Positions 1-13,200 of a DNA stretch of 64,000 bases are shown here, one piece after another; the stretch's first letter is position 1; the number at the start of each line of letters is the position of its first letter. The translations under genes were made by a program, and so were the position numbers. The notes beneath the pieces were generated by a model, which had not been told where the DNA came from, did not search any database, and saw only the letters and a list, made by a program, of their open reading frames with translations. The stretch comes from Tubulanus polymorphus (lineage: Eukaryota; Animalia; Nemertea): positions 21,474,210 to 21,538,209 of the forward strand of contig NC_134030.1 of the NCBI RefSeq assembly GCF_964204645.1, given 5' to 3'.

Positions 1-1219
1 GTGAGTTGGTTCCGTCACCGGCGACTGAGGTTTCTCCGTCTGCAGACGGATCGGTGTTTCCTGCCCTGGCGAGTGAGTCGTCCATTTTTTCGGGATCGGT
101 CACCAGCACGACGACCGTATTCTCGTCGAGGTCGACCGGACGCCCATCCTCGTCCACGCACAATATCTCCAAACCATCGGCGTCGACGACTGAACTTATC
201 TCTAACTTATCACACGAATTCGCATCATCTTTAAGTTTATTTTTGTACGGTTTATCAGCATCATCTGCCGGATCAATCACAAGTTTATCGATATTACCAT
301 CAAGTTTATCGTCACATTTATCGGTATTATCCGCAGGTTTATCAGCCGGAGTCTTATCATTCGCGACGTTATCGTCCAAAGTTTTCATATCACTTATCAT
401 CTTATCACTAGAACTAGTATCATCGCTTATCATTTTATGAGGCGAGCTGCTTATCCGAGGATTAACTACAAGCGCGGAACTATCTGTCGATTGTCTCGAC
501 GGGTTACTCCAGCTGGAGTCTTCCTCTCTGCTGGAGTCACGGCGCGTGGAGTCATCACCCGGACGGGAGTCTGTTCGGTTGGAGTCCGGCCGACCGAAGT
601 CCGTCCGATTAGAGGTGATCTGACTGGAGTTGGACCGACTGGAACCACTCCAGACGGAGTCACCCGGATTGGTATCACTCTTGATGGAGTCACCCTGACA
701 CGAATCCACCTGATTGGAGTCACCCGGATTGGAGTCGCAGGATTCCATACAAACGCAGTCCATTTTCGAACACGTTTCGCGATTCCGAACAATTTGATTG
801 TCGTCGTCGTCGATCGTTAATAAACTCGATTCTTTTCGATTCATCGTCGAATCGTCGTTGATCGCTCGTGCGATCTCGTCGCCGGTGACGAGGCGATTGC
901 GCAATCGACGGCCGCGCGAATCCGGCGGCAAAATCTGTTCGAATATATTCCAGTGAACGGGTTTATCAAACACAGCGCCGGCTGTGGCACATTTCTTCGC
1001 GTCGCCAACAGGCGGAGCCACTATCGGTGCGACCTGCGTATTCTCGATATTCGCGGTTCCTTTTTCGACGGGTGATTTTTCGATATTTTCCGTTGTTATC
1101 GTCCGGTGTTTCTGGTGTTGGCACGGCGACACGGCATCCCGATCAGCCGATTGTTGTTGTGGTTTTGAGATGCATTTCGTCGTTGATGATTTTTTGATTT
1201 TCTTGTAACGATCGACCTC
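1..1219 (-). CDS. KMT2A: KMT2A exon 16 (partial): long acidic low-complexity segment after the start of the bromodomain
   Basis: Acceptor TTTTCAG|GAG at 1219; frame EVDRYKKIKK... stays open to position 1. Absent from the ORF track because it runs off the window. Confidence 0.85.
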
Positions 1220-4200
1220 CTGAAAATCGACGCAGAAAAAAAATTACTGGGTGTTAATTTACTAATACATCTTACATCAATACACCGCATCATGGAGTAC
1301 AGGATATAGGGTTTTTTCTAATAGGTCGTACATCAATACACCACACTGCGGAGGAAAGGAAATAGGGTTTTTACTAATAGATCATACATCAATACACTGC
1401 ACCGCAGAGTACTGGCAATAGGGTTTTTACTAATACATCATACATTGATACACCGCATCGCAGAGTACTGGCAATAGGGTTTTTACTAATAGATCGTACC
1501 TCAATACACCGCACCGCGGAGTACAGGAAATAGAGTTTTTCCATAATAGAAGCTTTATCAAGGTGGCCACTTTCCGCCCATTCACAAATCCCCCGAGTTT
1601 TCCCTGATTTTTCCACGTGATTACACGAAATTCCCGCCGAGTGAATGAGAGAAATTTCTAGGTTTAAAATGTTACAATTCATTCATTTTCCAGTGAATCA
1701 CGTATCGATAAAGAAACACGTTGTGAAAAGCATTATCCGACAAATGACGTTTCTTTATTAATACGCGACGTTACGAATTCCTTGAGTTTTCTCTGATTTC
1801 TTCTAGATTTTTCTGATTCCCTTTTTTCCTGATTTTCCAGGTTCAGTGGCAAAGAAAATTAATGAAGGCTCCCTGCGGATAATAAACCGCGCCGAAACCG
1901 TTAAAATTGAGCTCACCTTCAAAAATTCCTCGTACTTGTGCAAATGTTGAGCCGTCTTGAAACTGAGCACGGAATCCAAGACGATTTTCAAACCGATTTC
2001 GAATTCTCGTTTGACGGCGATCTCCCACGCGGCGGGACGCACTTGAAGGCACTTGCGACACGTGAATATGACGTCCTCGGGCAGCGTCGACAGTATCTCG
2101 TACATCTCGTCGGTGACGTTCTCGCACTTCGAGTGCACCCAACTGTCGCAGATCGAACACTGGATCATCTTCGACTCCCAGTCGTCGTCCGAGTACGTCT
2201 TGTGGCAAACCGGACAGAAATTACCTGCACGAAGCGACATGACAATTTACAATACGGCGTACCAGCAAAATCTATCACCGATGGGATACTTGGGGGATAC
2301 TGTGGCAATAGTGGATTCCACGTATGGCAGGTGAGGATCCAGCAGGTGTCGCTAGTAAATAGTGGGTCATCTGCATTCAATTTCTTCCACATTTCAATCA
2401 AAATTGAATGAACTTTTCTTTTCTTTTCTTTTTTAAAAGAATCAATTATTTAAGAAAACTTTACCAATATCTGATTAGAAGAATGAAAGAATGGTATCAT
2501 TGATTTATGCTGTGATAATATATGGATTCGGGAGTCTAAAAATTCAGTTCAAAATCCATTGAAAATGAAACTAATTTTGATAACGGACGACCTACTGCTC
2601 GTCACGCCATCTGGTGGGATAACTGGTGTTTTGCAATGTTGATGCACTGAAAGGGTTAAATCTTTCGATATTTTTATCATGGATTCGACATTCAAGACGC
2701 AATTAACAGTAAAAATATTGACGCACCTTTTTCCATGAGATGACCGCATTCGAAACACAACGAAAAATCGTACATCCATTTAGCGCCGATGTTTGAACCG
2801 GCGGTCGTCGCTCCACAACTCTTACACTTTACACACTTAGTACAAACCTGGAAACATCAATCAGAAACACATCAATTACATTCTAATTTCAGACATTTAA
2901 AATTCTCATAGATTTTTAGTTTAAAATAATTCCCTTCGATAGCAAGTGGAAATTCCGATAAATTCTAGGTGACAATTACCAATGACTTAACGCAAAAATT
3001 CCCTTTTGAGTTTAGGTGGAAATTTCCCATTGATTTTAGATGGAAATAACCATTGATTTCAGGCAAAAATTCTCATCGATTTTAGGTTACAATGCCCATC
3101 TACTTATATGAAAATTTCCATTGAATTCAGGCAATAAGTGCCATTCATTTCAAGTGAAAATAAAAATTGATTTGAAATTAAGTAAAATTTCCTACTGATT
3201 CAAAGTGAAAATTTCCCATTGATTTTAGACGAAAATACAGATTGATTTTAGATGAAAATTGATTTCCACAGCGCGCGAACGAAACTCACCCATATTTTCT
3301 TCTTGCGCGACGGTTTGGTCGGGTAGTTCGGACCGAGGCATTGAGGGTGATACGTGTTCCGACATTTATCACATTTTAACAGCTGCAAAAATATCACAAT
3401 CGATCAATACATGTTTACATGTTGGATACATGTCGTTACATGTAACATGGCCGATACGACGCGTACCTGTACATGCTCCTGTTTACCGCAGACGTTGCAC
3501 GTTTCGCAGCGGCGGCAGCACCAGTTCTCGACGTCTCCTTTCATCGGGCGCTCGCTTTCATCCAAACAAAACCGATGAAACGGCTCGCAACATAAACTAC
3601 AGTAAACGAACTACAATCGAAATACGTAGACAAATTAATTACAGTAAACAAAATACAATAGAAAAACACTGACAAATTAATTACAGTAAACAAAATACAA
3701 TAGAAATATGCAGACAAATTAATTACAGTCAACGAACTAGGGTTTATACAATGACAAATGGGGGATTTAAGTAGGCCCATCTTTTGTTGAAGGGTCTAGA
3801 TCAAATCAAGACAATTTGATGATGTCATAGGGGGATTTACGGAGGCAGACATCTTTTCTAGAAGTGTCCATATATCAAATCACAAGTAGACAATTTGATA
3901 ATGTCATAGGGGGATTTATGGAGGCAGAAATCTTTTCTAGAAGTGTCCATAGATCAAATCACTAGTAGACAATTTGATGATGTCATAGGGGGATTTATGG
4001 AGGCAGACATCTTTTCTAGAAATGTCATAGATCAAGTCACAAGTAGACAATTCGATGATGTCATAGGGGGAATTATGGAGGCAGACATTTTTTCTGGAAG
4101 TGTCTATAGATCAAATCACTACTAAACAATTTGATGATGTCATAGGTTGATTTATGGTGGAGGCAGAAATTTATTTTGGAAGTGATGAATTCGATGATGT

Positions 4201-7200
4201 CATAGTGATTCGAGGGGGCAGCCATGTTTTGTAGAAGAATTAATAAATGACTACGTACCTCGTGGTGTCCGCTGCTTCCACACAGGAAACAAGCCGTTCT
4301 AATCGGCAGCGACATCGAACTGATTAAAGCAACTCCGTGTTTCCACGCGGCGTCCGGGTCGTATGCTTCCTGTACCCGGAAAAACAATCATATAATACAA
4401 TCAGTCAAAATAACATACACACAAAAATATACTATCAGTCAAAATCACATACAGACAAAATTATACTATCAGTCAAAATCACATACAGACAAAAATATAC
4501 TATCAGTGAAAATCACATACAGACAAAAATATACTATCAGTCAAAATCACATACAGACAAAAATATACTATCAGTGAAAATCACATACACACAAAAATAT
4601 ACAATCAGTCAAAATCACATACAGACAAAAATATACTATCGGTCAAAATCATCACAATAACATACGCACAAAAATATACTATCAGTCAAAATCACATACG
4701 GACAAAAATATACTATCAGTGAAAATCACATACAGACAAAAATATACTATCAGTCAAAATCACATACAGACAAAAATATACTATCAGTGAAAATCACATA
4801 CACACAAAAATATACAATCAGTCAAAATCACATACAGACAAAAATATACTATCAGTCAAAATCATCACAATAACATACGCACAAAAATATACTATCAGTC
4901 AAAATCATCACAATAACATACGCACAAAAATATACTATCAGTCAAAATCATCAAAATAACATATGCACAAAAATATACTATCAGTCAAAATCATCGCAAT
5001 AACATACGCACAAACATATACTATTAGTCAAAATAACATACGCACAAAAATGTACAATCAGTCAAAATAACACAAAACTAAACAGTCGTAATTACAGGCA
5101 ATGATAGCCTGACATAGGGATCAATTGAAAATACATCAAAGATTAACTGATTCAAACTAAATGAAAAACTTTGCAGATCCCGAGTCTAATTAAACTCCTA
5201 CTCTTTCAAAACATTGAAATAAACTAGTTTTAGCTGTGATCATCAAAATGAACTGCGACATTGCAAGAGGTATAGATACTTACGAATAGATCCATTTTAA
5301 TTCTGTGCGCGTACATAGGTGGCGACACCGGCCACTGTAATAACCGCGGGCCGGTTGTTGTCTGCAATGCAGTCTGCACGACTGACGATCCGCCCCCGGA
5401 AAACTACAAACCGAAAAGAAAAAGAAAAAACGAAAGATTCAAATCACGTAAAATTTCCATTAATCGAAACGGAAATTTTTACGCTAAATTCCAGATCTCG
5501 CGGACGACTTATGAAATTTCTGGAAATCCACAAAATTTGTTTCATTAAAATCGCGAAATACCGCGTAGAAATGTGCAAAGTATCTACCCAGTAATATGAT
5601 AGGAGGAAACCAAAAATTCAGAAAATTTGAATTTTGTTCCTGCTGAAATGGCAACTTTTTTCCGTTAAAAAAAATTCTTAATTGAGAATTAGTTCGGCGA
5701 AATTAAAACGTACCTTAGTCGGAATCCTAGAAGAGAGTTTCGTAAGATTGGACGCCTTCGTCAAACTCGTCATTCTGACGGTCGAGCCCGAATCGGCGAC
5801 GCCGCCTCTCGCGTTAGCCACGCCCCTGACGACTGGTTGACCGGACGACACGCCCCTCGTCGACGGAACAGACGTAAACGGACTCGAATTCGGCGTCGGT
5901 TTACCGAACCTCGGCTTCGGATCGACGACGATTTTTCGCGGCGGTTCCTGCTGCGTCGTAGTCTCCGCGCGACCTTGATGACCGTAACTATCCCCACCGG
6001 GGGGCGCCGACGTATCGTTGTAGTATTGTTTAGTCGGAGATCGCGGTATCGACGACCGTCTCGTGGCGTCGTCGTCCGTCGTCGGCCCGGGCGTCGCGCG
6101 AGTTTTCTTATATTGCGGGTCGGAGCACTTTCGATACCTACAAAAATAACGTCGCGAAATTTCGAAACTCAATAAATTTCTAAACTTTTTATCCGAGAAC
6201 TCAAGATTTCTTTGAAAAACCCAAAACATACCGGTAATTTAACAATAATTCATAATTTAGTAAAAAGAAAATTTTGAAATTCAAAGAAACTCAGGATTTA
6301 GAAATCTTGAAGATAAAAAATAACCCCAAAAGGACGGCAGTGTTTTTCTATACACAGATACCCTACAGATTGGTCATTCCTGGATATAAGGAGATTTTAA
6401 GGTGAAAATTACAAATTTTGAGGAAGCGTCTGCAACACTTTCATATCCTAATTACTGCTGACTCCTCCTAATGAATACTACTTACATGCAACTCTGTTTC
6501 ATGCGGTTGTTGCCTCCAAATTTTGATTTATCCCTGAAAAAGGAAACAATTTTTAAGAAACGATCAGAAGATTTTCATAAAGACTTATTTCACCCTTGCA
6601 GTGGGTTTACACTACAGAGCGGTGTATAAATCGTGATTGGACTTCGTTAGTACACTGCATTGTGGTGTATTGATGTAATTAGTAATATTCTTTTTGAAAG
6701 ATGTCAGTGAAAAATCAGTAACTAATAATACACTGCACTGTGGTGTAATGCACAATACACATTATACACCGCACTGGGGTGGAATCTTATTTCGATATTT
6801 TCAAATTATCTCCAGCACAATTGAGTGTCAGCACTGAAGCGGTTAACATTAAACCATCAAATGCCGATCCCATGAAAATAATTCGACTTACTTGCAGAAT
6901 ACACATTTGCCGCAGTCCTGCGCCAAGCAACCGGCGCATTGTTTACATCGCATCCGCCTGAGACCGGCTTTGGGTCGCTCGCGCTGCCACGGCAACGGAG
7001 ACACGTTACCGCTACCGGCGCTACCTGTAACAACAATCAATTCCGTTAAAACTAAATTTTGAAATCGAAAACCAGTTTCCACGGCAGACAAGTCTATGCT
7101 TTTAGAAAGGGATAGCTCAGAGTGCAATATTGATATCATTGGAGCCAACCGTTGGAGCGAATGGCTCCAACTGTGATTTCTCAAGGGATTGTGAAGATTC

Positions 7201-10200
7201 CTTGGAGGCGACCATCAGAGAATAGGACGACTCCGAATGACGTGTGTAACTAAGACATCGGAGCCAACCGATAGTGAGAGTAGGTTTTAATGGAGCCACC
7301 CATTGAGGGAACAAGAGCACGTAAGATATCTTGGCATGGAGCCACCCTTCTACAAAGAGAGCACGTAACACTTCTCGACATACCTGTAGATTATTTCTAA
7401 CCCCTACCCCTCCAGTGAATCCACCCAGTTAAGTTTCGATGGAGCCACCCATCATTGGATGGAGCCACCCTGGTACAAAGAGAGCGCGCAAGACTACTCG
7501 ACGAACCTGTAGGAGAGTATTTCTGTCCGGAGTTGATCAACGAACGAATACTCGATTTCCTCATCGCCGGCTGTCGTCTGCCACACGACGACGACGATCC
7601 TCGTCTCTCATCCTCTTCATCGTCGCCGTCATCCTCGTCGTCTCTGATCGGCTCCTCGTCGTCACGGTACTCGACGCGAGCGTTCGCGCGACGGATGATC
7701 TCGACCATACTCAACTCGTCCGAGTCGCTCGAATCTAAAAACACGTAAATGAATAACATTTACGAACTAAGGACAACTCCAAAATCCACCGGAGCCACCC
7801 ACTAGGTATAGGGTTGGCTCCACTCGTAGAATGAGGATATTTATGGAGCCATGCACTTTGGATAGGAATGACTCCAAATGGGGTACAAGGATAATTTTGG
7901 AGCCACCCACTTGTCTAAGGGAAGACTTTAAGACTGTGATGACATTTTTGGAGCTTCCCACTAGTAAAAGGAATAGCTTCGAATATTTCCCCAGGCTAAC
8001 CATTAAGCCACCCAATAAGTAGAGAATATGATGATATGCAGTGATTAAGATATTCTCGGAGCCACCCACTTGTGAAAGGGATGGCTCCGAATCTACGGGG
8101 GTTTGGATATCCTTTGACCAACCACAGCACTAGAAATACTGAGTTTTCTAAGCGCCCAAGTAATTCCATATCTGTACAGTAAGTTCGTTCATAAGACTGA
8201 AAATTGTGGTGGGTGGGGCTATATATTCAAATGAGAATTGATTGACGCGTACCGTCGTCGACGCCCTCGTAGCGATGAAGAATCTGTTCTTTCTCTATTT
8301 CGGGTAAAGCGCTCAAACACAGACCTCGTTCAGGAAACCGCGCACTCGGCAAATCTGAAATATACGCACACACATTACATCCTGAATCCTGAATCAATGA
8401 ATCATGGCTGCCTCCTTCAATCCCCCTATGACATCATCAAATTGCCTACTAGTGATTTAATAAATAGACAGATCAAGAAAATACGTCTGCCTCCATAAAT
8501 CCCCCTATGACATCATCAATTTGTCCACAAGAGATTTGATCTATAGACACTTCTAGAAAAGATGTCTGCCTCCACAAATCCACCTATGACATCATCAATT
8601 TGTCCACAAAATTTAATCTATAGACACTACTAGAAAAAGTCTGTCTACATAAATCCCCTTATGACATCATCAATTTGTCCACAAGATTTAATCTATAGAC
8701 ACATCCAGAAATGATGTCTGCCTCCATAAATCCCCCTATGACATCATCAAATCGAAAACACTTACTAGTCCCGAGTACTATGGCCGGTTTACGACAGACG
8801 TGTTTGATCCTCGGGGCCCAACGTTCGTTCGGGCCGACGTCATCGGGCGGCTCTTCCACGCTGCCCACGGCCGGTTCAATCCCGCTAACCACGACCGACT
8901 CGGTCGCCGTCTGCCCTCCCCTGCCACAGCTAGTCTCCGTCGCGTCCGCCGCTCGTACGCCCTCCGGCGGCGGTTTCGGCGTCGATTTTTGCGAATTGCG
9001 ATGATTCTTGGCGAGTTTCAAGACCTTGGCGGCGGCGACCTTGCTGGAGAGCACGTGAACGGCGCGTTTAGCTTTAGACATGATCTCCGACTGGCGACGA
9101 ACGCGACGTTGTTCCTCCGGAGTATTCGTACCGTCCTCCAACGGTTCCGACGACGGACTCGTTTTCGGACCGACGACAACGACCGGTTTCGACGACGGAC
9201 TCATTTTCGGATCAACTGACGGTTTAGACGACGGACTCATTTTCGGACCAACCACCGGTCTAGACAAAGGACTCATTTTCGGACCGACGACAACTACCGG
9301 TCTGGACGACGGACTCGTTTTCGGACTGGTCGGTTTGGCGGCGGTAGGCAAGTCGATTTTCGGCGGCGTTTCGTCCTTGAAAATCGCCAGTTTCTCGAGC
9401 GAGAAAACGAGCATCGATTTTTTCAGGTGACACGAGATACAGTCGTTTACACGACCGACCACGCACTGACCTGTGTGAAATTAAAAACAAGACAGGAGAT
9501 TTTATCTTCAAGACTTATATGAAATTTATTGGTATCCGAGGGACTCGAACTTGAATGATGCTCGCAGGGGCGGATCAAGTGTCTGACAAATTCAATTATT
9601 TCATATGTATCCTCATATAATCTAATTCAGGGGGGACTTCTATTTTTGAATTTTTTCCCCTATCGACAACATCACATGTCTCTCGAAACCAGTCTTCTAC
9701 GCACAGGCTTTACATACATGGTTCCCACAGTTATATGAATTCAAAATTCCCAAGTTTTTCATGGGTGATTTTTCAATTTTCCCAAATGGCAAGAACACAT
9801 ATCGTCATGCTACAGTCAACATTTTAGCGGTAACTGGTTGATAAAGGCGATTTTCAAGGGAAACTGCTGAAGAAAGTCGCCCTCGGCAAATGCAATATGT
9901 GAAATGTAATGAATTTCCCAAATATTTCCCTGATATGAGGAGAATTTTTCAAATTCCCCAATATTTCCAAACCGGGAAATACTATTTCAAAATTCCCAAG
10001 TTTTTCCCAAATTCCCTGTTCTGTGGGAACCATGTATATAGAGAGCCAACCGTTCATTTTTCATTGGTTTGGAAAGGTTTGATTTTATGCCTGTTTTCCC
10101 ATACTTGATCTGCCAAGAATCCAATCAACTTTTTGATTTTACGTGCGATAGTACAGTAACGACTTCGGTAACCGTCGAATTTTTACTCACTGAGTGAATA

Positions 10201-13200
10201 AACGAAAGATAGGCCTGGACCCAGTTTCACAAAAAAGTTAAACTGAAATTTTTGTTGTAATCGCTATTAGTTACTTCACATTTTCAATGAGGACAACAAT
10301 TCAAACTTAACCGTTTTAGGCTTAAACTTTTTCGTGAAACTGGGCCCAGGACCCAGTTCCACAGTTGTGAGTTAAGATTTGACTCTTTAAGTTCACTCAT
10401 TGAAAATGAACCTAGTTTAACTTATCAGGGGCTGGTTCCATAGTCAAGACTTAAGACCAAAAGTCGTTTTAAATCTTGAGACTGGTCTTGAGTTGTAAGA
10501 TCGGCTATAGAACTAAGTTGGACTTAAAATAGTCTTAAGCCTAAGCCCTCACTATGGAACTGGCCCCAGAGTTAACTCAAACTGTGAGTGTGAACTGGGT
10601 CCAGGGTTCTATGTGACTATGATGGAGTCACTAGTGAATGACCGACGATGACTCACCTGTTTGCGGGCAGACGGGCGTCGTGGCTTTATCGTTGATGATT
10701 TTCAGCATCCAGTAGCGATAACGACGGGCGCACGCCCGGCAACTCGTCACGCCCAGATAGTTAAACCCGTAGCTACTACCATTACATACGGCGCACGGGT
10801 GGTGGATGATACTGCGCTTCACTGAAACATCATAATCATTATTATTATTCATTAATTAAACAAATTATTAGAATTAACCCTTTCAGTGCGGACTAATTAC
10901 TACCCTATAGTGCTGGAGATAATTTGAAAATTTTGAAAAATTCCGCCCTAGTGTGTTGAATAACGGGAATACGACTATAGTGCGTCTACACCGCGGTGCA
11001 GTGTATCGTTAGTTACTAATATTTCACTATGTTTGACAAGTGCTGCCATCTTTCAATGGAGATAAAAACAATTACTAATTTAAATTAGATCATGATAATT
11101 ACTAATTACTGATTACTAATTACTGATATCATCAATACACGGCAGTGCAGTGTACTAGCAAAATCTATCACCAATTTGTGCACCGCACTGCCATGTAGAT
11201 GCACTGAAAGGGTTAATAAGCTTCTGTTTTGAAGTTTTTTTTAAAGGAATCGTTATTAGAGTTGTAGGCAAACCGTTGACTTAAGCCGAAAAAAATAAAG
11301 CAATATCGTTCTCACCTTTTCTGATTTTCTGCGGCGATCCGCGACGCTGCTCCGCGACGGACGGTGGCGCCACCTCGGCCAGCGGACCGGTCTTCATCAC
11401 TTTCAACTTGACGTACGGCGTCATCGACAACGGAACGCGCAGCGGTAACTTCGCCGTCGTCCCGGCCGCGCCGGCGACGACGATAGGTGGCGCCGCTGTA
11501 GTCGGCGTAGCCTCCTTCTTTTTCATTTCGGCTTTCAGAGATTTGGCGAGCGCGATCTTCGAGCGATCGTGGGCTTTACGATTCAAGTGGAACTTCGCCT
11601 TCTGCAGAATGCTGTTGCCACGTTTGCGCATGACGTCCGCCTGCATTTGAATGTCGTGCGCCGCGCTGCTGGCAGACGACGCACTCGAGGTCAAGGTCGT
11701 CGTCGTCGAACCGGACGGAAAATTCCCGGAGAGTCCGCTGTAGTCGCCTTCCGAGATCTTCTGCAACAATTTCTGACTCAAACGTCGGTCGCGTTTACCG
11801 GTACGGATCAACGGCTCGTCGAGCAGGCCGCCGACGGGCGGCGACACGACGAACGCCGGCGAACCGAAACTAAAACCGGGACTCAATCCGCGCGGCGGAC
11901 TCAAAACCGGCGTCGTCGATGGCGGTTGTTCGACGTCGAGTCGCGGTTTCTTCAAGGGCGGAGCGGCTTGTCGCACGAAACTATCGTCCGAATCTTCGAG
12001 GAAACGTTTAGAGGGAGTGATCTTACGCAACGATCGCGAGCTCTTCGTCGGCAAGTGAAACACGCGTTTCTCGCGGTGACGCCGAACGCGAGTCCGCTGT
12101 TCCGCATTTTTATTATTCTTCTCCGCCGTCGTCGTCGCCGAAACCGAGTCCGTTTTACGATCCTTACGCGAGCGATTTTTCGCTTTCGCGATCAAACGCT
12201 TCGACGCGGCGACGACTTTCGACGCCGGTTTTTTCGTCTTAACCGGACTTTTAACCGGCGTCGGCGCCGTGACGCAGTCCGTATCCTTCTTATCGTAAAT
12301 ACTCGGCCGTCCGCGACCGCGTACGATCTTACCTTTTTTCCCGTCGGGCAACAATCGGATTTTGATGCTGCGAAGTTTCGGGATTTCCCCGCCATCGTCC
12401 GACAGCTCGCCGCCGTCGTCGGTCGCCGCCTTTTTATCGGCACTTTTTAAACGATCGATAAAATCGTGCGTCCGTTTGGCCGGTCGCGCCAGACCCTCGC
12501 GTATCATCGCCTCGTATGACTTACGCGGTAAAGTCCGGATACGTTTTTTATGCGCGACCGTCGTATTGTCCTTCGCGACACCCGCGACCCGCAGCTGGGT
12601 CGCGGCCGCGCCTGGTTTCTTCTGTTGTCGCTGCGCGCCGCCCGTCGAGTCCCATATTTTCGACCAGATCGTCTCTGCCTTTTTGATTTCATGCGCGGCA
12701 AATCCATCGAAGTCGTCTTCTTCCTGGAAATGGAATGAAAATAGTTTATTGAGTTCCACAGTTGTGTGGGTTTAATTTGACTCTTAACACAGTTCCACAG
12801 TTGTGTGGGTTTAATTTGACTTAATACAGTTCCACAGTTGTGTGGGTTTAATTTAACTTTGAATCCAGTTCCACAGTTGTGTGGATTCAATTTGACTCTT
12901 AACACAGTTCCACAGTTGTGTGGGTTTAATTTGACTCTTAACACAGTTCCACAGTTGTGTGGGTTTAATTTGACTCTTAACACAGTTCCACAGTTGTGTG
13001 AGTTTAATTTTACTGAGGATCCAGTTCCACAGTTGTGTGGATTCAATTGGATTCTGGACAGAGTTCCACAGTTGTGTGGGTTTAATTTGACTCAGGATCC
13101 AGTTCCACAGTTGTGTGGGTTTAATTTGATTCTGGACCCAGTTCCACAGTTGTGTGGGTTTAATTTGACTGAGGATCCAGTTCCACAGTTATATGAGTTT

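Noticed and set aside
9530-9560. tRNA-like 3' end on the minus strand (GTTCGAGTCCCTCGGATACCA)
   Set aside because: Only a T-loop and acceptor-like fragment; there is no D or anticodon arm.
10631-10852. Separate nuclear receptor gene
   Set aside because: The exon splices in frame between KMT2A exons 2 and 4, and no ligand-binding domain is present.
11408-12775. Long plus-strand ORFs overlapping KMT2A exons (likewise at 6-820, 8711-9430 and 23859-24410)
   Set aside because: Antisense shadows of GC-rich coding exons.
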